64,000 nt of DNA from the human T2T-CHM13v2.0 reference genome, Homo sapiens, in NCBI RefSeq assembly GCF_009914755.1, contig NC_060943.1; one strand, given 5' to 3'. The stretch's first letter is position 1, and each line of letters starts with the position of its first letter. The notes under the pieces are model-generated. The model was not told the origin of the DNA and searched no databases. It saw only the letters and a list, made by a program, of their open reading frames with translations. Both the position numbers and the translations under genes were made by a program. Below are positions 49,288 to 62,243 of the stretch, piece by piece.

Positions 49288-52200
49288 TCAATGGTAGAAT
49301 AGGAAATATCTTCCTATAGAAACTAGACAGAATGATTCTCAGAAACTCCTTTGTGATGTGTGCGTTCAACTCACAGAGTTCAACCTTTCTTTTAATAGAG
49401 CAGTTGGGAAACACTCTGTTTGTAAAGTCTGCAAGTGGATATTCAGACTTCTTTGAGGCCTTCGTTGGAAGCGGGATTTCTTCATATTCTGCTAGACAGA
49501 AGAATTCTCAGTAACCTCCTTGTGTTGTGTGTATTCAACTCACAGAGTTGAACGATCCTTTACACAGAGCAGACTTGAAACACTCTTTTTGTGGAATTTG
49601 CAAGTGGAGATTTCAGCCGCTTTGAGGTCAATGGTAGAATAGGAAATATCTTCCTATAGAAACTAGACAGAATGATTCTCAGAAACTCCTTTGTGATGTG
49701 TGCGTTCAACTCACAGAGTTTAACCTTTCTTTTCATAGAGCAGTTAGGAAACACTCTGTTTGTAAAGTCTGCAAGTGGATATTCAGACATCCTTGAGGCT
49801 TTCGTTGGAAACGGGATTTCTTCATATTCTGCTAGAAAGAAGAATTCTCAGTAACTTCCTTTTGTTGTGTGTATTCAACTCACAGAGTTGAACGATCCTT
49901 TACACAGAGCAGACTTGAAACACTCTTTTTGTGGAATTTGCAAGTGGAGATTTCAGCCGCTTTGAGGTCAATGGTAGAATAGGAAATATCTTCCTATAGA
50001 AACTAGACAGAATGATTCTCAGAAACTCCTTTGTGATGTGTGCGTTCAACTCACAGAGTTTAACCTTTCTTTTCATAGAGCAGTTGGGAAACACTCTGTT
50101 TGTAAAGTCTGCAAGTGGATATTCAGACATCCTTGAGGCTTTCGTTGGAAACGGGATTTCTTCATATTCTGCTAGAAAGAAGAATTCTCAGTAACTTCCT
50201 TGTGTTGTGTGTTTTCAACTCACAGAGTTGAACGATCCTTTACACAGAGCAGACTTGAAACACTCCTTTTGTGGAATTTGCAAGTGGAGATTTCAGCCGC
50301 TTTGAGGTCAATGGTAGAATAGGAAATATCTTCCTATAGAAAGTAGACAGAATGATTCTCAGAAACTCCTTTGTGATGTGTGCGTTCAACTCACAGAGTT
50401 TAACCTTTCTTTTCATAGAGCAGTTACGAAACACTCTGTAAAGTCTGCAAGTGGATATTCAGACCTCCTTGAGGCCTTCGTTGGAAACGGGATTTCTTCA
50501 TATTACGCTAGACAGAAGAATTCTCAGTAACTTCCTTGTGTTGTGTGTATTCAACTCACAGAGTTGAACGATCCTTTACACAGAGCAGACTTGAAACACT
50601 CTTTTTGTGGAATTTGCAAGTGGAGATTTCAGCCGCTTTGAGTTCAATGGTAGAATAGGAAATATCTTCCTATAGAAACTAGACAGAATGATTCTCAGAA
50701 ACTCCTTTGTGATGTGTGCGTTCAACTCACAGAGTTCAACCTTTCTTTTAATAGAGCAGTTGGGAAACACTCTGTTTGTAAAGTCTGCAAGTGGATATTC
50801 AGACTTCTTTGAGGCCTTCGTTGGAAGCGGGATTTCTTCATATTCTGCTAGACAGAAAAATTCTCAGTAACTTCCTTGTGTTGTGTGTATTCAACTCACA
50901 GAGTTGAACGATCCTTTACACAGAGCAGACTTGAAACACTCTTTTTGTGGAATTTGCAAGTGGAGATTTCAGCCGCTTTGAGGTCAATGGTAGAATAGGA
51001 AATATCTTCCTATAGAAACTAGACAGAATGATTCTCAGAAACTCCTTTGTGATGTGTGCGTTCAACTCACAGAGTTTAACCTTTCTTTTCATAGAGCAGT
51101 TAGGAAACACTCTGTTTGTAAAGTCTGCAAGTGGATATTCAGACATCCTTGAGGCTTTCGTTGGAAACGGGATTTCTTCATATTCTGCTAGAAAGAAGAA
51201 TTCTCAGTAACTTCCTTGTGTTGTGTGTATTCAACTCACAGAGTTGAACGATCCTTTACACAGAGCAGACTTGAAACACTCTTTTTGTGGAATTTGCAAG
51301 TGGAGATTTCAGCCGCTTTGAGGTCAATGGTAGAATAGGAAATATCTTCCTATAGAAACTAGACAGAATGATTCTCAGAAACTCCTTTGTGATGTGTGCG
51401 TTCAACTCACAGAGTTTAACCTTTCTTTTCATAGAGCAGTTGGGAAACACTCTGTTTGTAAAGTCTGCAAGTGGATATTCAGACATCCTTGAGGCTTTCG
51501 TTGGAAACGGGATTTCTTCATATTCTGGTAGAAAGAAGCATTCTCAGTAACTTCCTTGTGTTGTGTGTATTCAACTCACAGAGTTGAACGATCCTTTACA
51601 CAGAGCAGACTTGAAACACTCTTTTTGCGGAATTTGCAACTGGAGATTTCAGCCGCTTTGAGGTCAATGGTAGAATAGGAAATATCTTCCTATAGAAACT
51701 AGACAGAATGATTCTCAGAAACTTCTTTGTGATGTGTGCGTTCAACTCACACAGTTTAACCTTTCTTTTCATAGAGCAGTTAGGAAACACTCTGTTTGTA
51801 AAGTCTGCAAGTGGATATTCAGACCTCCTTGAGGCCTTCGTTGGAAACGGGATTTCTTCATATTATGCTAGACAGAAGAATTCTCAGTAACTTCCTTGTG
51901 TTGTGTGTATTCAACTCACAGAGTTGAACGATCCTTTACACAGAGCAGACTTGAAACACTCTTTTTGTGGAATTTGCAAGTGGATATTTCAGCCGCTTTG
52001 AGTTCAATGGTAGAATAGGAAATATCTTCCTATAGAAACTAGACAGAATGATTCTCAGAAACTCCTTTGTGATGTGTGCGTTCAACTCACAGAGTTCAAC
52101 CTTTCTTTTCATAGAGCAGTTGGGAAACACTCTGTTTGTAAAGTCTGCAAGTGGATATTCTGACTTCTTTGAGGCCTTCTTTGGAAGCGGGATTTCTTCA

Positions 52201-55200
52201 TGTTCTGCTAGACAGAAGAATTCTCAGAAACTTCCTTGTGTTGTGTGTTTTCAACTCACAGAGTTGAACGATCCTTTACACAGAGCAGACTTGAAACACT
52301 CCTTTTGTGGAATTTGCAAGTGGAGATTTCAGCCGCTTTGAGGTCAATGGTAGAATAGGAAATATCTTCCTATAGAAAGTAGACAGAATGATTCTCAGAA
52401 ACTCCTTTGTGATGTGTGCGTTCAACTCACAGAGTTTAACCTTTCTTTTCATAGAGCAGTTAGGAAACACTCTGTTTGTAAAGTCTGCAAGTGGATATTC
52501 AGACCTCCTTGAGGCCTTCGTTGGAAGCGGGATTTCTTCATGTTCAGCAAGACAGAAGAATTCTCAGAAACTTCCTTGTGTTGTGTGTTTTCAACTCACA
52601 GAGTTGAACGATCCTTTACACAGAGCAGACTTGAAACACTCCTTTTGTGGAATTTGCAAGTGGAGATTTCAGCCGCTTTGAGGTCAATGGTAGAATAGGA
52701 AATATCTTCCTATAGAAACTAGACAGAATGATTCTCAGAAACTCCTTTGTGATGTGTGCGTTCAACTCACAGAGTTTAACCTTTCTTTTCATAGAGCAGT
52801 TAGGAAACACTCTGTTTGTAAAGTCTGCAAGTGGATATTCAGACATCCTTGAGGCTTTCGCTGGAAACGGGATTTCTTCATATTCTGCTAGAAAGAAGAA
52901 TTCTCAGTAACTTCCTTGTGTTGTGTGTATTCAACTCACAGAGTTGAACGATCCTTTACACAGAGCAGACTTGAAACACTCTTTTTGTGGAATTTGCAAG
53001 TGGAGATTTCAGCCGCTTTGAGTTCAATGGTAGAATAGGAAATATCTTCCTATAGAAACTAGACAGAATGATTCTCAGAAACTCCTTTGTGATGTGTGCG
53101 TTCAACTCACAGAGTTCAACCTTTCTTTTCATAGAGCAGTTGGGAAACACTCTGTTTGTAAAGTCTGCAAGTGGATATTCAGACTTCTTTGAGGCCTTCT
53201 TTGGAAGCGGGATTTCTTCATGTTCTGCTAGACAGAAGAATTCTCAGAAACTTCCTTGTGTTGTGTGTTTTCAACTCACAGAGTTGAACGATCCTTTACA
53301 CAGAGCAGACTTGAAACACTCCTTTTGTGGAATTTGCAAGTGGAGATTTCAGCCGCTTTGAGGTCAATGGTAGAATAGGAAATATCTTCCTATAGAAACT
53401 AGACAGAATGATTCTCAGAAACTCCTTTGTGATGTGTGCGTTCAACTCACAGAGTTCAACCTTTCTTTTAATAGAGCAGTTGGGAAACACTCTGTTTGTA
53501 AAGTCTGCAAGTGGATATTCAGACTTCTTTGAGGCCTTCGTTGGAAGCGGGATTTCTTCATATTCTGCTAGACAGAAGAATTCTCAGTAACCTCCTTGTG
53601 TTGTGTGTATTCAACTCACAGAGTTGAACGATCCTTTACACAGAGCAGACTTGAAACACTCTTTTTGTGGAATTTGCAAGTGGAGATTTCAGCCGCTTTG
53701 AGGTCAATGGTAGAATAGGAAATATCTTCCTATAGAAACTAGACAGAATGATTCTCAGAAACTCCTTTGTGATGTGTGCGTTCAACTCACAGAGTTTAAC
53801 CTTTCTTTTCATAGAGCAGTTAGGAAACACTCTGTTTGTAAAGTCTGCAAGTGGATATTCAGACATCCTTGAGGCTTTCGTTGGAAACGGGATTTCTTCA
53901 TATTCTGCTAGAAAGAAGAATTCTCAGTAACTTCCTTTTGTTGTGTGTATTCAACTCACAGAGTTGAACGATCCTTTACACAGAGCAGACTTGAAACACT
54001 CTTTTTGTGGAATTTGCAAGTGGAGATTTCAGCCGCTTTGAGGTCAATGGTAGAATAGGAAATATCTTCCTATAGAAACTAGACAGAATGATTCTCAGAA
54101 ACTCCTTTGTGATGTGTGCGTTCAACTCACAGAGTTTAACCTTTCTTTTCATAGAGCAGTTGGGAAACACTCTGTTTGTAAAGTCTGCAAGTGGATATTC
54201 AGACATCCTTGAGGCTTTCGTTGGAAACGGGATTTCTTCATATTCTGCTAGAAAGAAGAATTCTCAGTAACTTCCTTGTGTTGTGTGTTTTCAACTCACA
54301 GAGTTGAACGATCCTTTACACAGAGCAGACTTGAAACACTCCTTTTGTGGAATTTGCAAGTGGAGATTTCAGCCGCTTTGAGGTCAATGGTAGAATAGGA
54401 AATATCTTCCTATAGAAAGTAGACAGAATGATTCTCAGAAACTCCTTTGTGATGTGTGCGTTCAACTCACAGAGTTTAACCTTTCTTTTCATAGAGCAGT
54501 TACGAAACACTCTGTAAAGTCTGCAAGTGGATATTCAGACCTCCTTGAGGCCTTCGTTGGAAACGGGATTTCTTCATATTACGCTAGACAGAAGAATTCT
54601 CAGTAACTTCCTTGTGTTGTGTGTATTCAACTCACAGAGTTGAACGATCCTTTACACAGAGCAGACTTGAAACACTCTTTTTGTGGAATTTGCAAGTGGA
54701 GATTTCAGCCGCTTTGAGTTCAATGGTAGAATAGGAAATATCTTCCTATAGAAACTAGACAGAATGATTCTCAGAAACTCCTTTGTGATGTGTGCGTTCA
54801 ACTCACAGAGTTCAACCTTTCTTTTAATAGAGCAGTTGGGAAACACTCTGTTTGTAAAGTCTGCAAGTGGATATTCAGACTTCTTTGAGGCCTTCGTTGG
54901 AAGCGGGATTTCTTCATATTCTGCTAGACAGAAGAATTCTCAGTAACTTCCTTGTGTTGTGTGTATTCAACTCACAGAGTTGAACGATCCTTTACACAGA
55001 GCAGACTTGAAACACTCTTTTTGTGGAATTTGCAAGTGGAGATTTCAGCCGCTTTGAGGTCAATGGTAGAATAGGAAATATCTTCCTATAGAAACTAGAC
55101 AGAATGATTCTCAGAAACTCCTTTGTGATGTGTGCGTTCAACTCACAGAGTTTAACCTTTCTTTTCATAGAGCAGTTAGGAAACACTCTGTTTGTAAAGT

Positions 55201-57474
55201 CTGCAAGTGGATATTCAGACATCCTTGAGGCTTTCGTTGGAAACGGGATTTCTTCATATTCTGCTAGAAAGAAGAATTCTCAGTAACTTCCTTGTGTTGT
55301 GTGTATTCAACTCACAGAGTTGAACGATCCTTTACACAGAGCAGACTTGAAACACTCTTTTTGTGGAATTTGCAAGTGGAGATTTCAGCCGCTTTGAGGT
55401 CAATGGTAGAATAGGAAATATCTTCCTATAGAAACTAGACAGAATGATTCTCAGAAACTCCTTTGTGATGTGTGCGTTCAACTCACAGAGTTTAACCTTT
55501 CTTTTCATAGAGCAGTTGGGAAACACTCTGTTTGTAAAGTCTGCAAGTGGATATTCAGACATCCTTGAGGCTTTCGTTGGAAACGGGATTTCTTCATATT
55601 CTGGTAGAAAGAAGCATTCTCAGTAACTTCCTTGTGTTGTGTGTATTCAACTCACAGAGTTGAACGATCCTTTACACAGAGCAGACTTGAAACACTCTTT
55701 TTGCGGAATTTGCAACTGGAGATTTCAGCCGCTTTGAGGTCAATGGTAGAATAGGAAATATCTTCCTATAGAAACTAGACAGAATGATTCTCAGAAACTT
55801 CTTTGTGATGTGTGCGTTCAACTCACACAGTTTAACCTTTCTTTTCATAGAGCAGTTAGGAAACACTCTGTTTGTAAAGTCTGCAAGTGGATATTCAGAC
55901 CTCCTTGAGGCCTTCGTTGGAAACGGGATTTCTTCATATTATGCTAGACAGAAGAATTCTCAGTAACTTCCTTGTGTTGTGTGTATTCAACTCACAGAGT
56001 TGAACGATCCTTTACACAGAGCAGACTTGAAACACTCTTTTTGTGGAATTTGCAAGTGGATATTTCAGCCGCTTTGAGTTCAATGGTAGAATAGGAAATA
56101 TCTTCCTATAGAAACTAGACAGAATGATTCTCAGAAACTCCTTTGTGATGTGTGCGTTCAACTCACAGAGTTCAACCTTTCTTTTCATAGAGCAGTTGGG
56201 AAACACTCTGTTTGTAAAGTCTGCAAGTGGATATTCTGACTTCTTTGAGGCCTTCTTTGGAAGCGGGATTTCTTCATGTTCTGCTAGACAGAAGAATTCT
56301 CAGAAACTTCCTTGTGTTGTGTGTTTTCAACTCACAGAGTTGAACGATCCTTTACACAGAGCAGACTTGAAACACTCCTTTTGTGGAATTTGCAAGTGGA
56401 GATTTCAGCCGCTTTGAGGTCAATGGTAGAATAGGAAATATCTTCCTATAGAAAGTAGACAGAATGATTCTCAGAAACTCCTTTGTGATGTGTGCGTTCA
56501 ACTCACAGAGTTTAACCTTTCTTTTCATAGAGCAGTTAGGAAACACTCTGTTTGTAAAGTCTGCAAGTGGATATTCAGACCTCCTTGAGGCCTTCGTTGG
56601 AAGCGGGATTTCTTCATGTTCAGCAAGACAGAAGAATTCTCAGAAACTTCCTTGTGTTGTGTGTTTTCAACTCACAGAGTTGAACGATCCTTTACACAGA
56701 GCAGACTTGAAACACTCCTTTTGTGGAATTTGCAAGTGGAGATTTCAGCCGCTTTGAGGTCAATGGTAGAATAGGAAATATCTTCCTATAGAAACTAGAC
56801 AGAATGATTCTCAGAAACTCCTTTGTGATGTGTGCGTTCAACTCACAGAGTTTAACCTTTCTTTTCATAGAGCAGTTAGGAAACACTCTGTTTGTAAAGT
56901 CTGCAAGTGGATATTCAGACATCCTTGAGGCTTTCGCTGGAAACGGGATTTCTTCATATTCTGCTAGAAAGAAGAATTCTCAGTAACTTCCTTGTGTTGT
57001 GTGTATTCAACTCACAGAGTTGAACGATCCTTTACACAGAGCAGACTTGAAACACTCTTTTTGTGGAATTTGCAAGTGGAGATTTCAGCCGCTTTGAGTT
57101 CAATGGTAGAATAGGAAACATCTTCCTATAGAAACTAGACAGAATGATTCTCAGAAACTCCTTTGTGATGTGTGCGTTCAACTCACAGAGTTCAACCTTT
57201 CTTTTCATAGAGCAGTTGGGAAACACTCTGTTTGTAAAGTCTGCAAGTGGATATTCAGACTTCTTTGAGGCCTTCTTTGGAAGCGGGATTTCTTCATGTT
57301 CTGCTAGACAGAAGAATTCTCAGAAACTTCCTTGTATTGTGTGTTTTCAACTCACAGAGTTGAACGATCCTTTACACAGAGCAGACTTGAAACACTCCTT
57401 TTGTGGAATTTGCAAGTGGAGATTTCAGCCGCTTTGAGGTCAATGGTAGAATAGGAAATATCTTCCTATAGAAA
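49288..57474 (+). repeat. Near-perfect tandem duplication of a 4076-bp (12-dimer, 24-monomer) unit
   Basis: Markers at +4076: CCTTTTGTTG, 4-bp deletion plus TATTACGC (dimers 50352/54428), GAAGCATTC (51368/55444), GCAACTGG, TATTCTGAC (52048/56124), CAGCAAGAC (52388/56464), TTCGCTGG (52728/56804). Confidence 0.92.
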
Positions 57475-60203
57475 GTAGACAGAATGATTCTCAGAAACTC
57501 CTTTGTGATGTGTGCGTTCAACTCACAGAGTTTAACCTTTCTTTTCATAGAGCAGTTAGGAAACACTCTGTTTGTAAAGTCTGCAAGTGGATATTCAGAC
57601 CTCCTTGAGGCCTTCGTTGGAAGCGGGATTTCTTCATGTTCAGCTAGACAGAAGAATTCTCAGAAACTTCCTTGTGTTGTGTGTTTTCAACTCACAGAGT
57701 TGAACGATCCTTTACACAGAGCAGACTTGAAACACTCCTTTTGTGGAATTTGCAAGTGGAGATTTCAGCCGCTTTGAGGTCAATGGTAGAATAGGAAATG
57801 TCTTCCTATTGAAACTAGACAGAATGATTCTCAGAAACTCCTTTGTGATGTGTGCGTTCAACTCACAGAGTTTAACCTTTCTTTTCATAGAGCAGTTAGG
57901 AAACACTCTGTTTGTAAAGTCTGCAAGTGGATATTCAGACATCCTTGAGGCTTTCGTTGGAAAGGGGATTTCTTCATATTCTGCTAGAAAGAAGAATTCT
58001 CAGTAACTTCCTTGTGTTGTGTGTATTCAACTCACAGAGTTGAACGATCCTTTACACAGAGCAGACTTGAAACACTCTTTTTGTGGAATTTGCAAGTGGA
58101 GATTTCAGCCGCTTTGAGGTCAATGGTAGAATAGGAAATATCTTCCTATAGAAACTAGACAGAATGATTCTCAGAAACTGCTTTGTGATGTGTGCGTTCA
58201 ACTCACAGAGTTTAACCTTTCTTTTCATAGAGCAGTTGGGAAACACTCTGTTTGTAAAGTCTGCATGTGGATATTCAGACATCCTTGAGGCTTTCGTTGG
58301 AAACGGGATTTCTTCATATTCTGCTAGAAAGAAGAATTCTCAGTAACTTCCTTGTGTTGTGTGTTTTCAACTCACAGAGTTGAACGATCCTTTACACAGA
58401 GCAGACTTGAAACACTCCTTTTGTGGAATTTGCAAGTGGAGATTTCAGCCGCTTTGAGGTCAATGGTAGAATAGGAAATATCTTCCTATAGAAAGTAGAC
58501 AGAATGATTCTCAGAAACTCCTTTGTGATGTGTGCGTTCAACTCACAGAGTTTAACCTTTCTTTTCATAGAGCAGTTACGAAACACTCTGTTTGTAAAGT
58601 CTGCAAGTGGATATTCAGACCTCCTTGAGGCCTTCGTTGGAAACGGGATTTCTTCATATTATGCTAGACAGAAGAATTCTCAGTAACTTCCTTGTGTTGT
58701 GTGTATTCAACTCACAGAGTTGAACGATCCTTTACACAGAGCAGACTTGAAACACTCTTTTTGTGGAATTTGCAAGTGGAGATTTCAGCCGCTTTGAGTT
58801 CAATGGTAGAATAGGAAATATCTTCCTATAGAAACTAGACAGAATGATTCTCAGAAACTCCTTTGTGATGTGTGCGTTCAACTCACAGAGTTCAACCTTT
58901 CTTTTAATAGAGCAGTTGGGAAACACTCTGTTTGTAAAGTCTGCAAGTGGATATTCAGACTTCTTTGAGGCCTTCGTTGGAAGCGGGATTTCTTCATATT
59001 CTGCTAGACAGAAGAATTCTCAGTAACTTCCTTGTGTTGTGTGTATTCAACTCACAGAGTTGAACGATCCTTTACACAGAGCAGACTTGAAACACTCTTT
59101 TTGTGGAATTTGCAAGTGGAGATTTCAGCCGCTTTGAGGTCAATGGTAGAATAGGAAATATCTTCCTATAGAAACTAGACACAATGATTCTCAGAAACTC
59201 CTTTGTGATGTGTGCGTTCAACTCACAGAGTTTAACCTTTCTTTTCATAGAGCAGTTAGGAAACACTCTGTTTGTAAAGTCTGCAAGTGGATATTCAGAC
59301 ATCCTTGAGGCTTTCGTTGGAAACGGGATTTCTTCATATTCTGCTAGAAAGAAGAATTCTCAGTAACTTCCTTGTGTTGTGTGTATTCAACTCACAGAGT
59401 TGAACGATCCTTTACACAGAGCAGACTTGAAACACTCTTTTTGTGGAATTTGCAAGTGGAGATTTCAGCCGCTTTGAGGTCAATGGTAGAATAGGAAATA
59501 TCTTCCTATAGAAACTAGACAGAATGATTCTCAGAAACTCCTTTGTGATGTGTGCGTTCAACTCACAGAGTTTAACCTTTCTTTTCATAGAGCAGTTGGG
59601 AAACACTCTGTTTGTAAAGTCTGCAAGTGGATATTCAGACATCCTTGAGGCTTTCGTTGGAAACGGGATTTCTTCATATTCTGCTAGAAAGAAGAATTCT
59701 CAGTAACTTCCTTGTGTTGTGTGTATTCAACTCACAGAGTTGAACGATCCTTTACACAGAGCAGACTTGAAACACTCTTTTTGCGGAATTTGCAAGTGGA
59801 GATTTCAGCCGCTTTGAGGTCAATGGTAGAATAGGAAATATCTTCCTATAGAAACTAGACAGAATGATTCTCAGAAACTTCTTTGTGATGTGTGCGTTCA
59901 ACTCACACAGTTTAACCTTTCTTTTCATAGAGCAGTTAGGAAACACTCTGTTTGTAAAGTCTGCAAGTGGATATTCAGACCTCCTTGAGGCCTTCGTTGG
60001 AAACGGGATTTCTTCATATTATGCTAGACAGAAGAATTCTCAGTAACTTCCTTGTGTTGTGTGTATTCAACTCACAGAGTTGAACGATCCTTTACACAGA
60101 GCAGACTTGAAACACTCTTTTTGTGGAATTTGCAAGTGGATATTTCAGCCGCTTTGAGTTCAATGGTAGAATAGGAAATATCTTCCTATAGAAACTAGAC
60201 AGA

Positions 60204-62243
60204 ATGATTCTCAGAAACTCCTTTGTGATGTGTGCGTTCAACTCACAGAGTTCAACCTTTCTTTTCATAGAGCAGTTGGGAAACACTCTGTTTGTAAAGT
60301 CTGCAAGTGGATATTCAGACTTCTTTGAGGCCTTCTTTGGAAGCGGGATTTCTTCATGTTCTGCTAGACAGAAGAATTCTCAGAAACTTCCTTGTGTTGT
60401 GTGTTTTCAACTCACAGAGTTGAACGATCCTTTACACAGAGCAGACTTGAAACACTCCTTTTGTGGAATTTGCAAGTGGAGATTTCAGCCGCTTTGAGGT
60501 CAATGGTAGAATAGGAAATATCTTCCTATAGAAAGTAGACAGAATGATTCTCAGAAACTCCTTTGTGATGTGTGCGTTCAACTCACAGAGTTTAACCTTT
60601 CTTTTCATAGAGCAGTTAGGAAACACTCTGTTTGTAAAGTCTGCAAGTGGATATTCAGACCTCCTTGAGGCCTTCGTTGGAAGCGGGATTTCTTCATGTT
60701 CAGCTAGACAGAAGAATTCTCAGAAACTTCCTTGTGTTGTGTGTTTTCAACTCACAGAGTTGAACGATCCTTTACACAGAGCAGACTTGAAACACTCCTT
60801 TTGTGGAATTTGCAAGTGGAGATTTCAGCCGCTTTGAGGTCAATGGTAGAATAGGAAATATCTTCCTATAGAAACTAGACAGAATGATTCTCAGAAACTC
60901 CTTTGTGATGTGTGCGTTCAACTCACAGAGTTTAACCTTTCTTTTCATAGAGCAGTTAGGAAACACTCTGTTTGTAAAGTCTGCAAGTGGATATTCAGAC
61001 ATCCTTGAGGCTTTCGTTGGAAACGGGATTTCTTCATATTCTGCTAGAAAGAAGAATTCTCAGTAACTTCCTTGTGTTGTGTGTATTCAACTCACAGAGT
61101 TGAACGATCCTTTACACAGAGCAGACTTGAAACACTCTTTTTGTGGAATTTGCAAGTGGATATTTCAGCCGCTTTGAGTTCAATGGTAGAATAGGAAATA
61201 TCTTCCTATAGAAACTAGACAGAATGATTCTCAGAAACTCCTTTGTGATGTGTGCGTTCAACTCACAGAGTTCAACCTTTCTTTTCATAGAGCAGTTGGG
61301 AAACACTCTGTTTGTAAAGTCTGCAAGTGGATATTCAGACTTCTTTGAGGCCTTCTTTGGAAGCGGGATTTCTTCATGTTCTGCTAGACAGAAGAATTCT
61401 CAGAAACTTCCTTGTGTTGTGTGTTTTCAACTCACAGAGTTGAACGATCCTTTACACAGAGCAGACTTGAAACACTCCTTTTGTGGAATTTGCAAGTGGA
61501 GATTTCAGCCGCTTTGAGGTCAATGGTAGAATAGGAAATATCTTCCTATAGAAAGTAGACAGAATGATTCTCAGAAACTCCTTTGTGATGTGTGCGTTCA
61601 ACTCACAGAGTTTAACCTTTCTTTTCATAGAGCAGTTAGGAAACACTCTGTTTGTAAAGTCTGTAAGTGGATATTCAGATCTCCTTGAGGCCTTCGTTGG
61701 AAGCGGGATTTCTTCATGTTCAGCTAGACAGAAGAATTCTCAGAAACTTCCTTGTGTTGTGTGTTTTCAACTCACAGAGTTGAACGATCCTTTACACAGA
61801 GCAGACTTGAAACACTCCTTTTGTGGAATTTGCAAGTGGAGATTTCAGCCGCTTTGAGGTCAATGGTAGAATAGGAAATATCTTCCTATAGAAACTAGAC
61901 AGAATGATTCTCAGAAAGTCCTTTGTGATGTGTGCGTTCAACTCACAGAGTTTAACCTTTCTTTTCATAGAGCAGTTAGGAAACACTCTGTTTGTAAAGT
62001 CTGCAAGTGGATATTCAGACATCCTTGAGGCTTTCGTTGGAAACGGGATTTCTTCATATTCTGCTAGAAAGAAGAATTCTCAGTAACTTCCTTGTGTTGT
62101 GTGTATTCAACTCACAGAGTTGAACGATCCTTTACACAGAGCAGACTTGAAACACTCTTTTTGTGGAATTTGCAAGTGGAGATTTCAGCCGCTTTGAGGT
62201 CAATGGTAGAATAGGAAATATCTTCCTATAGAAACTAGACAGA
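60204..62243 (+). repeat. Tandem 1020-bp (3-dimer, 6-monomer) units; a similar pair lies at 56124-58163
   Basis: The order TTCTTTGG-box dimer, GACCTCC/GAAGCGGG/TGTTCAGC dimer, GACATCC/GAAAGAAG dimer is repeated at 60204 and 61224, and at 56124 and 57144. Confidence 0.8.

Noticed and set aside
56124-62243. The 1020-bp triplets as the canonical 6-monomer HOR of this family
   Set aside because: The three dimers differ by only a few percent, like all other dimers here. This fits recent local duplication better than a HOR of distinct monomer classes, and cannot be claimed without HMM-based monomer typing.
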